NCBI GenBank assembly: GCA_047621545.1
Contig: JBLHMA010000002.1
Span: forward strand, 1 to 48,432
Direction of reading: 5' to 3'
Source of the DNA: Cognaticolwellia sp.
GTDB lineage: Bacteria; Myxococcota_A; UBA796; CAJQPC01
DNA: 48,432 bases
Of the stretch, positions 24,229 to 32,967 are shown one piece after another. A program made the position numbers and the translations under genes. The notes under the pieces are model-generated. The model made no database searches. It saw only the letters and a program-made list of their open reading frames with translations, and was not told where the DNA came from. The first letter of the stretch is position 1. The number at the start of each line of letters is the position of its first letter.

Positions 24229-25800
24229 CTAGAACTCGTACAGGTAGACGGAGCCCTTGTCGTTGCTGGCGCGGCGGCTTGCGCCGACCACGAGCACATC
24301 GCGGAACAGGGTGTCCTGGTTCTCTACAACGTCCACCCAGCTGCCGTAGCGGTCATCGGTTGCGGAGCCGGCCAGCTTCACATCCGCGTCGGAGGTAGCG
24401 CTCAAACTGGAGCCGGAGGTGGGCGCCAGGAAGACGTACACCGCGCCTCGGTCATTGCTGCTCTGACGGTTGGCCGAGACCACGATGTCAGGGGAGCCAT
24501 CGCGGTCCACATCGCCGGTCGCCAAGCCAGCGCCAAACTGGTCGCCGGTGAGCTGCCCGGAGAACTTGATGTCAGCCTGAGCGCCAATGGCCCCGGTGAC
24601 CGCGTTGTTGCCGCGAATCAAGTACGCCGCGCCGCGTCCGTTGTGGCTCAGTGCGCCAGCGAGGAAGTCGTCATAGCCATCGCCGTCAAAGTCGCCGGCC
24701 TCGGCCAGCTGATTGCCTGCCTCGCTGCCTGCGAGGTTGCCACGCAGAATCACATCCGCATCATTCATGTTCGCGGGCAAGGTGCTCGCGGTGAGGATGT
24801 AAACGGAGCCTGAATCAGTCTTGCCAGCGTGATCACGGCTGCGTGCGCCGACTACAAAGTCCGCAGCGCCATCACCATCAAAGTCGCCGATGCCGCGCAC
24901 GCGGGCACCAACGGCGTCTCCAGCCCCCTCTCCGCCCACTACACCGTCGGCGTCACTCAGATCCATGTCTGCTGTAATGGGACCATTGATCAGGTAGACC
25001 GCACCCGACTCAGCGCCACCGTCATCGGCGCCGCTGGCTCCAATGATCACGTCGACGTTGCCGTCTCCGTCCAGGTCACCGACGATGTCCAGGCCGGAGC
25101 CCGCAAAGTCATTGGCCTTGATTCCAGAGATCCGAAGGGCGGCGTCGGGGAGGGTATTGTTGCCGCGGTCAGCCCAAGTCACGATGTAAACCGCACCGGC
25201 GTTGACCTTCCAGGTGTCGGTCGGGTTGTCCCAGGAACGCGCGCCAATCAGAAATTCGTTTCCAGCTACGCCATTCAGGTCACCGTCCTCGAGGAGGACC
25301 ATGTCGCGCTTGTAACCGTAGCCAGCCACGTTTTCAGCAACGGCTCCGCTCTCGCCGTACCACTTGCCCTTCACCCCATCAACGCGGAAGCTGCCCGACG
25401 TGAAGCGGCCCTTGTCCATGTACGCGCCACCTGCACCGGCACTCTCAGACCCAGCTGCGACCTCCGAGCGGTTGTCACCGTTCATGTCGCCCAGGGCAGC
25501 AACAGTCATACCCAGATTGTCGCCAGCGGACTCACCCTGCCAAGAAGTCCGGGCGACGTTGGCGCCAATGCTCGTGCCCAGGGGCACAGCAATGGCCGTA
25601 CCGTTGGGGGCCCAGCGATCGACGCCCGGCTTGTAGAGCGGGTCATCCCACTTGGTGCTCATCTCCTCGGGAAGAAGCGGCTCGATGTTCTCATCGTTGG
25701 CCACGGCACCGCCAGGAGCATCCAACTCCATTGGCTCGACAGCGCATGCGGAGAGGGCGGCAAGGCCTCCTACCAGGACGAGAATGGACAGCTTGTGCAT
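24229..25800 (-). CDS. FG-GAP (integrin-alpha-like) repeat lipoprotein
   Basis: Lipoprotein signal MHKLSILVLVGGLAALSAC. Repeated Ca-binding-type motifs GDMNGDNRSE, GDLDGDGNVD, GDFDGDGAAD, GDFDGDGYDD and GDVDRDGSPD. Confidence 0.88.
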   Translation of the reverse strand: MHKLSILVLVGGLAALSACAVEPMELDAPGGAVANDENIEPLLPEEMSTKWDDPLYKPGVDRWAPNGTAIAVPLGTSIGANVARTSWQGESAGDNLGMTVAALGDMNGDNRSEVAAGSESAGAGGAYMDKGRFTSGSFRVDGVKGKWYGESGAVAENVAGYGYKRDMVLLEDGDLNGVAGNEFLIGARSWDNPTDTWKVNAGAVYIVTWADRGNNTLPDAALRISGIKANDFAGSGLDIVGDLDGDGNVDVIIGASGADDGGAESGAVYLINGPITADMDLSDADGVVGGEGAGDAVGARVRGIGDFDGDGAADFVVGARSRDHAGKTDSGSVYILTASTLPANMNDADVILRGNLAGSEAGNQLAEAGDFDGDGYDDFLAGALSHNGRGAAYLIRGNNAVTGAIGAQADIKFSGQLTGDQFGAGLATGDVDRDGSPDIVVSANRQSSNDRGAVYVFLAPTSGSSLSATSDADVKLAGSATDDRYGSWVDVVENQDTLFRDVLVVGASRRASNDKGSVYLYEF

Positions 25801-26013
25801 CTTGAGATCTCCGAGGGGTGCTAATGACGACGTTCTGTACCTTTCAATCGGCTCTACCAAAGGTGGACTTGAGGTCTGGATACGTCGCACCATCAGCAAT
25901 CAGCCTGACCTACCGCACATGGCCCCGCAAGTGGTCATGTGAACTCATAGGTGACAGGTGATCGCGAGAAGCCGCACGGGGTAAGGATTTCCGACAATCT
26001 TTCACCATGGTGT

Positions 26014-26066
26014 CCACAAACAGAAACCGCCGCAAAGCGCACCACTCTGTGGCGCCCATTGCGGCG
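26014..26066 (-). terminator. Rho-independent-terminator-like hairpin downstream of the second FG-GAP gene
   Basis: The minus strand reads cgccgcaatgggcgccacagagtggtgcgctttgcggcg, with outer arms cgccgca/tgcggcg and an inner gcgccac/gtggtgcgc stem with a bulge. It is followed by gtttctgtttgtgg (T-rich). It lies 25 nt after the stop at 26091. Confidence 0.55.
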
Positions 26067-26090
26067 ATCCTGAACGATTCAGTTCCCGAA

Positions 26091-27620
26091 TCAGGGGGTC
26101 TGGAACATGTAGACCGCGCCCTTGTTGCCGGTACCTCGCGAGCTGGCGCCGACGATTAGGGTGTTCTTTGAGTCCACCGTGGTGTTCTCGGCAACATCGA
26201 CCCACGAGCCGAAGCGGTCGTTAGAGCCCACACCCGCGAGCTTGGAGTCGGCGTCATAGGACGCGATGGTTCCTGTGACGGGTCCATAGAAGACGTAAAC
26301 CGCGCCACGATCAGTAGAAGACTGGCGGTTGGCCGCGACGACCACATCTTCGATGCCGTCACCGGAGATGTCACCCGAGGTGACTCCGGACCCGAACTGG
26401 TCCCCAGATGACTGCCCAACAAAGCGGGCATATGCCACCTCTCCCATCTTGCCGGATGTGACCGAGCCCTGGAGAACATAGGCGTTGCCCAGACCGTTGT
26501 GTCCGAGAGCACCGACCAAGTAGTCATTGAGCCCGTCTCCATCCAGGTCGCCCGCCTCACTCACGCCACTGCCGCCTGCCGAGCCGTCCTTGTTTCCGCG
26601 AATGATGATGTCGGCATCGGCCAGGGTGGCCGGCATGGTGCTGGAGGTGATCACGTAGACCGCCCCTGCGTCCACGCCGTTGGTGTCCTCTGTCCGGGCG
26701 CCTACAGCGAAGTCGTCTACGCCGTCCCCGTCCACATCCCCGAGTCCGACCACGCGGGAGCCAATGGCGTCCTCAGCCGTCTCGCCGCCGATCTCCGCGT
26801 CAGCCACAGCCAGATCCACGTCCGCGGTGATCGGGCCATTGATGATGTAGACGCAACCGCTCGCTGAGCCGTTCGTGTCTGCACCGGTCGCACCCACAGC
26901 CAAGTCGGCAAAACCGTCTCCATCCAGGTCACCCAGGATATCTACACCTGCGCCTGCGTACTCGTAGGCCTTCGTTCCGGTGAGGGCGGTGGCTCCTGCA
27001 GGCAGCGTGTTGTTCCCACGATCAAAGCCAAACACCAGATAAGCCGCGCCGGCATTCAGCTTCCAAGTGTCGACGGGATCATTCCAGGTGCGCCCCCCGA
27101 TGATGAAGTCGTCATTCCCGTCCCCATCCACATCACCGCCACCGGCAACCTGCTCCCCAGCACGACTTCCGCTGACCCCGTACCAGCGACCCTTGGAGGC
27201 ATCTGCCCGGTAGTTGCCGTCCTTGAAGCTGGCGCGGTTCATGTAGGCGGCCCCATCGCCCGAGCCCGAACCAGAGCCGTAGATGGAGCCCATGGCCATA
27301 TCTTCCAAGCCGTCCCCGTTCAGGTCGCCGACCGCCGCCACGCCAATACCCAAGCGATCCCCATCACCCTCGCCCTTCCAAGTGGCATCGACCACGTTGA
27401 AGGCGTTGGAGGTGCCCAAGGGGACGTTGACCGGGTGCCCTTGAGGCGCCCATCGGTCCACGTCGGAGCGGAAGTCAGGATCGTCCCAGGACAGGTTGGC
27501 ATCCTCGCCTAGAGCGTCGTAGCGATCTCCGTCCTCCAAGATGTAGGACTCCTCCATCCCCGGGCTGGAGCAGGCGAAGAGTACGAGGGGCATCAGAAGG
27601 ATGGCGATCTTGCGCGGCAT
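26091..27620 (-). CDS. FG-GAP repeat lipoprotein, paralog of 24229..25800
   Basis: Lipoprotein signal MPRKIAILLMPLVLFAC. Motifs GDLNGDGLED, GDVDGDGNDD, GDLDGDGFAD, GDVDGDGVDD, GDLDGDGLND and GDISGDGIED. It shares the N-terminal W(D/S)DP..(R/K)..VDRWAP motif with its paralog. Confidence 0.9.
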   Translation of the reverse strand: MPRKIAILLMPLVLFACSSPGMEESYILEDGDRYDALGEDANLSWDDPDFRSDVDRWAPQGHPVNVPLGTSNAFNVVDATWKGEGDGDRLGIGVAAVGDLNGDGLEDMAMGSIYGSGSGSGDGAAYMNRASFKDGNYRADASKGRWYGVSGSRAGEQVAGGGDVDGDGNDDFIIGGRTWNDPVDTWKLNAGAAYLVFGFDRGNNTLPAGATALTGTKAYEYAGAGVDILGDLDGDGFADLAVGATGADTNGSASGCVYIINGPITADVDLAVADAEIGGETAEDAIGSRVVGLGDVDGDGVDDFAVGARTEDTNGVDAGAVYVITSSTMPATLADADIIIRGNKDGSAGGSGVSEAGDLDGDGLNDYLVGALGHNGLGNAYVLQGSVTSGKMGEVAYARFVGQSSGDQFGSGVTSGDISGDGIEDVVVAANRQSSTDRGAVYVFYGPVTGTIASYDADSKLAGVGSNDRFGSWVDVAENTTVDSKNTLIVGASSRGTGNKGAVYMFQTP

Positions 27621-27896
27621 GAGAACTCCAAAGGGTGGGGATTACGAATCTATCACCTCTCTTTTTGAGAACAACGACAAAGACACCTCCCAGTTGACAG
27701 TGCTGCGCAGATACCTGAAATCCATGAAAAACTAATCGCTATGAAAGTCTGTCCTCATCGCCGCCAACTTGCACACATGTCCCGCAGGGCCTCCTGTGAA
27801 CCGCGCACGCTCCCCAAGGCACCACAGTGCCAAGCTCCTCCTCCAGCACCCGCGCCCTGTCCGCGTTAGTCTGCGCCCCCAGCGCTTCGGATCCCA

Positions 27897-29330
27897 ATGC
27901 CCTTTACCTTCCAGACCCTGTCCTTCTTGCTCCTGCTTGGCAACCCAGCCATGGCACAAGACGAGGAGGAGGCCGCCCCAGCCCCCACGCTGCCCGACCT
28001 GGCCCTGGAGGCCCCCTGGACCCTGCCCCCAACTCCCCTATTGGAAGGCGAGGAGCCCGAGACTCCCCTGACGGAGGAGGAAAAGTACCCCTTCGGGAGA
28101 GCATTGGTGAACATCCCCGGTCTACCGGTGGACTTGGTCGTACCCCAGACGGAGCCCGGCCTGGAGCCCCGTTGGAAGTGGACCGCAAACGAGTCGACAA
28201 GCGAGGTTCGCCTTGGCATGCGTGCGTCAGAGGCGTACAGCAACGTACGTTTTCGTGCCACCAACTTCCAGCCCGACGTGGCACTGCTCCAAGGCGAGAA
28301 CCTCACCCGTGAGCTCGCGTTGCAGGACCAGCCCGAAGCGGACCTGGATCTGACTCTGGGCGAATGGCAGGCCGTGGAGCACCCCGATTTGGGCCCCATG
28401 CAGATCCTGAATTTCCATGCTTGGGACGGCTTTTTGGAGCGGGACCTGTACTACCACGTCTTCCTGTACGCGGTAGAGGGACACGCCGTGATCGGAAGCG
28501 TAGAGTCTTCGGACAGCCTGGAGCGCGCACAAGAGGTGGCCGGCGAGATCATCGCTATGACCAGCGTGGCCAAGCCCCCCTTTGACCCAGCAGCTCTGGG
28601 CCTAACGGGCACCATCGAGGTGGACGCCGGGTACAGCATCACGCTGCCCGACGGCATGCGCGCCCTATCCGAAGAAGAGCTGAACTTGGTCTCCGGTGGA
28701 CGCTTGGGCGGCGAGGGCCCCTTCAACGGCAAGCGGGCCCGCCTGAGCATCATCCGAACCGATCGTCTCTACGACAACTTGGCGTTCCGCTGTCGCGCCG
28801 AAGCTGGCTCCCCTCTCGAGGTCCTGGACCCGAAGAAAAGTGCTCAGACCACTGAAAACTTCCGGGCTTGGGCCAAGGCAGTGTTCAGCGCAGGACAAGC
28901 CAAGGTGACCTCTGCCGGCGAGGACACCACATTCGACTTTAGCGATGACTACGCCCGCGCTCTGCACACGGAGTCCAACGTCGACCCCGAGTTCCTGCAG
29001 CTGGACGGTGGGCGCGACGCCTACCTCTGGAAGGTAACCGGCGATGTTTATACCGTACCGCACCAAGGGAGCATGCTTTACACGGCCTACGCCGATGTGG
29101 CCCTGACCTGTATGGCGGTCGTCGAAGAGAGCGAGAGCTTGGAGAGCTTTGAGCAGGCCGCACGCGGTGTGAAGATCGCCCTAGACGAAAACGGCGAACC
29201 CTACCCAATGCCCTTGTCCCTGCAGGCCCGCTACACCCGCTGGTGGCCCACAGGCAACCCCTTCCTGCAGCTCTACTGGCTGCCGGTCCCACTGATGCTC
29301 ATTGCCGGGTACTTGGTCCTCAAGGACTGA
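27897..29330 (+). CDS. Secreted hypothetical protein with a C-terminal TM anchor (477 aa)
   Basis: Signal peptide MPFTFQTLSFLLLLGNPAMA/QDE, an acidic Pro-rich linker, two similar internal domains, and a C-terminal helix WLPVPLMLIAGYLVL. Confidence 0.75.
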   Translation: MPFTFQTLSFLLLLGNPAMAQDEEEAAPAPTLPDLALEAPWTLPPTPLLEGEEPETPLTEEEKYPFGRALVNIPGLPVDLVVPQTEPGLEPRWKWTANESTSEVRLGMRASEAYSNVRFRATNFQPDVALLQGENLTRELALQDQPEADLDLTLGEWQAVEHPDLGPMQILNFHAWDGFLERDLYYHVFLYAVEGHAVIGSVESSDSLERAQEVAGEIIAMTSVAKPPFDPAALGLTGTIEVDAGYSITLPDGMRALSEEELNLVSGGRLGGEGPFNGKRARLSIIRTDRLYDNLAFRCRAEAGSPLEVLDPKKSAQTTENFRAWAKAVFSAGQAKVTSAGEDTTFDFSDDYARALHTESNVDPEFLQLDGGRDAYLWKVTGDVYTVPHQGSMLYTAYADVALTCMAVVEESESLESFEQAARGVKIALDENGEPYPMPLSLQARYTRWWPTGNPFLQLYWLPVPLMLIAGYLVLKD

Positions 29331-29347
29331 CCCCGGGGGCGCGAGAA

Positions 29348-30919
29348 ATGCTGGAGCAAGCTGTGATCCAACTGCAGTCCTACGTCTTGGACGGCTGGTC
29401 CGACGGCCAAGCCCCCTTCCGTGACTTGGTCAACCCCGCCACCGACGAGGTGGTGGCACAAGCCTCCTCTAATGGGCTGGACATGGCCGAAGTCATGGCC
29501 CACGCCCGAAGCGTTGGAGGCCCTACGCTGCGCGCTATGAGCTTCGAGGAGCGCGGTGCGATGCTGCGCACTTGGTCCAAGGCCCTGTACGCCGCCCGCG
29601 AGGCTTTACTCGATGTGACCATGGTCAACGCCGGCAGCACACGCGGCGACGCCAAGTTCGACGTAGACGGAGCCACCGGCACCCTGAGCTACTACGCCGG
29701 TCTGGGCAAGAAGCTCGGAGACCGCAAGTGGCTGGTCGACGGCGAGAGCGAGCAGCTCACCCGCAACAGCGCGCGCTTCTACGGCATGCACATCCGCGTT
29801 CCCATCCAGGGCGCAGCGGTGCACATCGGCGCCTTTAATTTCCCCGCTTGGGGAACCTTTGCCAAGGCGGCTGTCTCCATCCTATCAGGCGTGCCTGTGG
29901 TCACCAAGCCCGCCTCCAGCACCGCCTGGATCACCCACGAGATGGTCAAAGTGCTCACCGAGCAGGACCTGATCCCAGCCGGCGTCTTTCAGCTGATCTG
30001 CGGCAGCCCCGGCAATCTGCTGGACCACCTGGGTCCACAAGACGCCTTGGCCTTTACCGGCAGCGCAGACACTGGAGCCAAGCTGCGCGCGGGTCAGGGT
30101 CCAGTGCAGGCCTCGACCGCGGTGAACATCGAGGCTGACAGCCTCAACGCCATGGTACTGGGCCCAGACTTGGAGCACGGCTCCGACCTGTACCACTGGG
30201 TCAAGAACAGCATCGTGCTGGAAATGACCCAAAAGGCGGGCCAGAAGTGCACCGCCATCCGCCGTGTCGTTGTGACAGAGTCCCTGGTAGGCGCCTTGAC
30301 CGCAGACTTGAGCGAGGAGCTGGGCCGGATTCGCATCGGCGATCCCCGCGCCGAAGGCGTGCGCATGGGCCCCCTGAACAACCGGGCCCAACAGCAGGAC
30401 TACCGAGAGGGGGTGGCCCTGTTGGCCACCGAAGGAACCATCGTCTACGGCGACCCGGCCAGGTCCGAGTTCGAAGGCGTCAAGCCCGGTCAGGGCGCAT
30501 TCGCGTCACCGATCTTGCTGCGCTGTGACGCCCCGCTGCAGGCTGAAGCCGTTCACTCCCGCGAGGTCTTTGGACCCGTGGTCACCCTCTGCGTCTACGA
30601 CGGAAGCGTCGCCCAGGCGGCCGCCATTGTGGCCAAGGGACAGGGCATGCTGGCCTCGACCGTGGCAAGCAGTGACCGGAAGTTCGGAGGGGAGCTTGTC
30701 TTTGAGCTGGCACCCTACAATGGACGGGTGATGCTGATCGACAAGAAGGTCTGCGACCAGGCCACACCCCACGGCATGGTGCTGCCCAACCTGAACCACG
30801 GCGGTCCCGGACGCGCTGGCGGAGGCGCCGAGCTGGGTGGCCTGCGCGGCATGGAGTTCTACATGCGCCGGGTCGCCATCCAGGGCAACCGCGGCCTGCT
30901 CGAGAAGCTCTTCGCTTAG
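29348..30919 (+). CDS. Aldehyde dehydrogenase of the PaaZ N-terminal / 3,4-dehydroadipyl-CoA semialdehyde dehydrogenase type
   Basis: Colinear with the ALDH half of E. coli PaaZ as I remember it: LRAMSFEERGAML, VHIGAFNFPAWG, FTGSADTG, EADSLN, catalytic KAGQKCTAIRR and HGGPGRAGGGAELGG. There is no MaoC hydratase domain. ATG at 29348. Confidence 0.88.
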   Translation: MLEQAVIQLQSYVLDGWSDGQAPFRDLVNPATDEVVAQASSNGLDMAEVMAHARSVGGPTLRAMSFEERGAMLRTWSKALYAAREALLDVTMVNAGSTRGDAKFDVDGATGTLSYYAGLGKKLGDRKWLVDGESEQLTRNSARFYGMHIRVPIQGAAVHIGAFNFPAWGTFAKAAVSILSGVPVVTKPASSTAWITHEMVKVLTEQDLIPAGVFQLICGSPGNLLDHLGPQDALAFTGSADTGAKLRAGQGPVQASTAVNIEADSLNAMVLGPDLEHGSDLYHWVKNSIVLEMTQKAGQKCTAIRRVVVTESLVGALTADLSEELGRIRIGDPRAEGVRMGPLNNRAQQQDYREGVALLATEGTIVYGDPARSEFEGVKPGQGAFASPILLRCDAPLQAEAVHSREVFGPVVTLCVYDGSVAQAAAIVAKGQGMLASTVASSDRKFGGELVFELAPYNGRVMLIDKKVCDQATPHGMVLPNLNHGGPGRAGGGAELGGLRGMEFYMRRVAIQGNRGLLEKLFA

Positions 30920-31698
30920 AAAATGCCCGTCTTGGTCTCGATCGCAGGGCTCATGTCCAGCCCTTCGATCGCAGCCTTGAAGTTCTTCTCAAAATCCCTG
31001 TCGATGGCCTTCTTCATCGAGCGCTCCTCGCTGAAGCCGTCCTCGAACTCCACCACCTCGGAGTTCTCGGCGAGGAAGCGCTTCCAGCAGAGTCTCTCCT
31101 GGGTCAGAGAGTCCACGATGACCAGGTAGCCGTCGTAGTAGCCGCCCTCAAAGGTCTCATCATCGAAGGTGGTGGGCTCGATAGCTTCGAGATCGACAAA
31201 CACGCCTACCAGGGGGAACCCACCCAATCTGCGGTAGTCGCTATCGCTGGGGTCGTAGCCCAGCGACGAAGAGAAGCTGCTTGGCAGGCGAACCTGGCGC
31301 AGCTCACCGAAGTAGCTCTCATCTGCGGTGTAGTCCTTCTCGCCAGCCACTCGGCGGGAGAGTTCTTCAAGCTGGGAGAAGTCGGTCAGAAGCAAGTTCT
31401 TCTCTCCGTTCTCACCCAGGCGGACTCTCAAGGATGTGGTATCGCAGGCCTGGACATCACTCCAGGTCAGCGGGTTGAATTCCGCCTCCCTGCCGGCAAG
31501 AGCCACAAGCCCAGCCTCTACGGCCTTGCCCGCATCGAGTTCCGCTTCTTTGGCAGCAGCACGGGCGGCTTTCTCCTCTGGGGTCATGGTGGCTTCTTGA
31601 ATGCCGAGAATGGCTAGCGGACCGCCGCAGCAGAGCACGCAGAGCACTCCAACACCAATGACTACCTTGCCCGTCGTTGAAAGCGCCATGAGCCGCAC
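30916..31698 (-). CDS. Membrane-anchored hypothetical protein (260 aa)
   Basis: N-terminal TM with VLCVLCCGGP, then a soluble acidic domain. Its stop codon overlaps the stop of the convergent ALDH gene (30916-30919). Confidence 0.7.
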   Translation of the reverse strand: MRLMALSTTGKVVIGVGVLCVLCCGGPLAILGIQEATMTPEEKAARAAAKEAELDAGKAVEAGLVALAGREAEFNPLTWSDVQACDTTSLRVRLGENGEKNLLLTDFSQLEELSRRVAGEKDYTADESYFGELRQVRLPSSFSSSLGYDPSDSDYRRLGGFPLVGVFVDLEAIEPTTFDDETFEGGYYDGYLVIVDSLTQERLCWKRFLAENSEVVEFEDGFSEERSMKKAIDRDFEKNFKAAIEGLDMSPAIETKTGIF

Positions 31699-31752
31699 TC
31701 CTTCATGAGATGCGGCCTGTTAGACCAGATTTGTGCCCAGCGCAACGTAGAA

Positions 31753-32277
31753 TCAGCGGGTAGCGAAGCTCAGCTGCGGTCCCAACATCGCACCCACATG
31801 GACGTTCTTGACCTGTCCGTCGGGGCCAACAACCACGGTGGTTGGCAGGGTCGTGATCCCGTAGTCCCGCTGCACGTCGGAGTCAGCGAGCAGGACCGTG
31901 TACTGCATGTCTTTCTTCTTTGCGGTCACGCGAACCTTCGCCGAGCTCTGGTCGGTAGCGACTCCCAGGACCGGAATGTCCGGATTCTCCAGGGCAAACT
32001 CGTTGAATGTGGGTATCTCAGCCATGCAGGGCCCACACCAAGTCGCCCAGAAGTTCACCACCACGGTCTGGCCTCGGTAGTCCGAGAGAGAGACCAGTTC
32101 TCCCTCCAAGTTCAAGAGCTCAAACTCGGGCGCCTCGTCGGGAAGATCCGGAGCACGCATCACCCCAATGCCCCAGTAGACCCCAAGGGCCACCACGATT
32201 GAGAGCCCCCAGTCACGCACATAGCGTAGCCAGCTGGATTTTCTCTTGGGCGCATCGAGCAGTTCTTCATCAGCCAT
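31753..32277 (-). CDS. TlpA/ResA-like membrane-anchored thiol:disulfide oxidoreductase (thioredoxin fold)
   Basis: N-terminal TM helix, then FWATWCGPC (the CxxC active site) and YGITTLPTTVVV. Confidence 0.88.
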   Translation of the reverse strand: MADEELLDAPKRKSSWLRYVRDWGLSIVVALGVYWGIGVMRAPDLPDEAPEFELLNLEGELVSLSDYRGQTVVVNFWATWCGPCMAEIPTFNEFALENPDIPVLGVATDQSSAKVRVTAKKKDMQYTVLLADSDVQRDYGITTLPTTVVVGPDGQVKNVHVGAMLGPQLSFATR

Positions 32278-32529
32278 GGGGTCAAGCTATCCACGTATGG
32301 GCATTTGGACACCGTGGCAGCGCTTTGGTTGCAGGGGAGAAGCAGAGGAGCACTCTTCGATTCATAGATTCCGGCTACCCTAATGGGTACAACGACAGGC
32401 TGTCCGTCCTGCCTTCCGCAGACGAGGACACCCTGACAGTGCGTCCAAATCCGGACCTGATATTGGGCTTTGACGCTGGCACGGTGTGTGCATCGAGGAG
32501 GAGTAGACCGCTCCCCCAAGGCTCCCGCC

Positions 32530-32967
32530 ATGCCCGTCTCGCTGCATATCCCTTCCCTTTTCTTCCTCTCTGCGCTCTCCCTGAGCGCATCGGCCTTGGG
32601 GGCACCGGTCCTCTGCGCGGCCGGTCTGGGCTGGACCCTACTCTCGGCGATCGGCGCCGCCCGTCCTCTGCGGCTCTACCAGCTGCTGCTCTTCGTTGGC
32701 ATCGCTCTGGCCACCGGTGCATCTTGGACCTGGTGCCTACTCCTCAGCGCCCCCGTCACCGTGGCCGCCATCGCCTGCACCGTGGCCAGTCCGCGCTATC
32801 GGGGCCCCGGCGTGGCTCTGCTGGTCGAGAAGTTGCAGAATAAGCGGACCTCCCCAACCGTTGTGTGCCCATGGACCATGCCCCAGAAATCGCCGCCAGC
32901 CGTTTTGGTCTTGGGCCCCGTCCTAGCGAGCTCGCGCGTATGCGAAGGGACCCCCGTGGTTGGCTGA
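32530..32967 (+). CDS. Possible small membrane protein (about 3 TM); its 3' end overlaps the DUF1800 gene
   Basis: ATG at 32530 gives MPVSLHIPSLFFLSALSLSASALGAPVLCAAGLGW.... Third-position GC is high for about 110 codons. The last approx. 100 nt overlap the next gene in another frame, which lowers confidence. Confidence 0.3.
   Translation: MPVSLHIPSLFFLSALSLSASALGAPVLCAAGLGWTLLSAIGAARPLRLYQLLLFVGIALATGASWTWCLLLSAPVTVAAIACTVASPRYRGPGVALLVEKLQNKRTSPTVVCPWTMPQKSPPAVLVLGPVLASSRVCEGTPVVG

Noticed and set aside
27693-27727. Sigma70-like promoter TTGACA-16 nt-TGAAAT on the plus strand upstream of 27897.
   Set aside because: Only the -35 hexamer is good. The -10 matches 4 of 6 positions and lies about 170 nt from the start codon. 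It is plausible but unsupported.
32278-32529. Riboswitch or sRNA in the 250-nt intergenic region upstream of the small membrane ORF and DUF1800.
   Set aside because: I could find only short 5-bp stems and no motif I recognise (no B12 box, SAM or TPP-like cores). This cannot be supported without a covariance-model scan.
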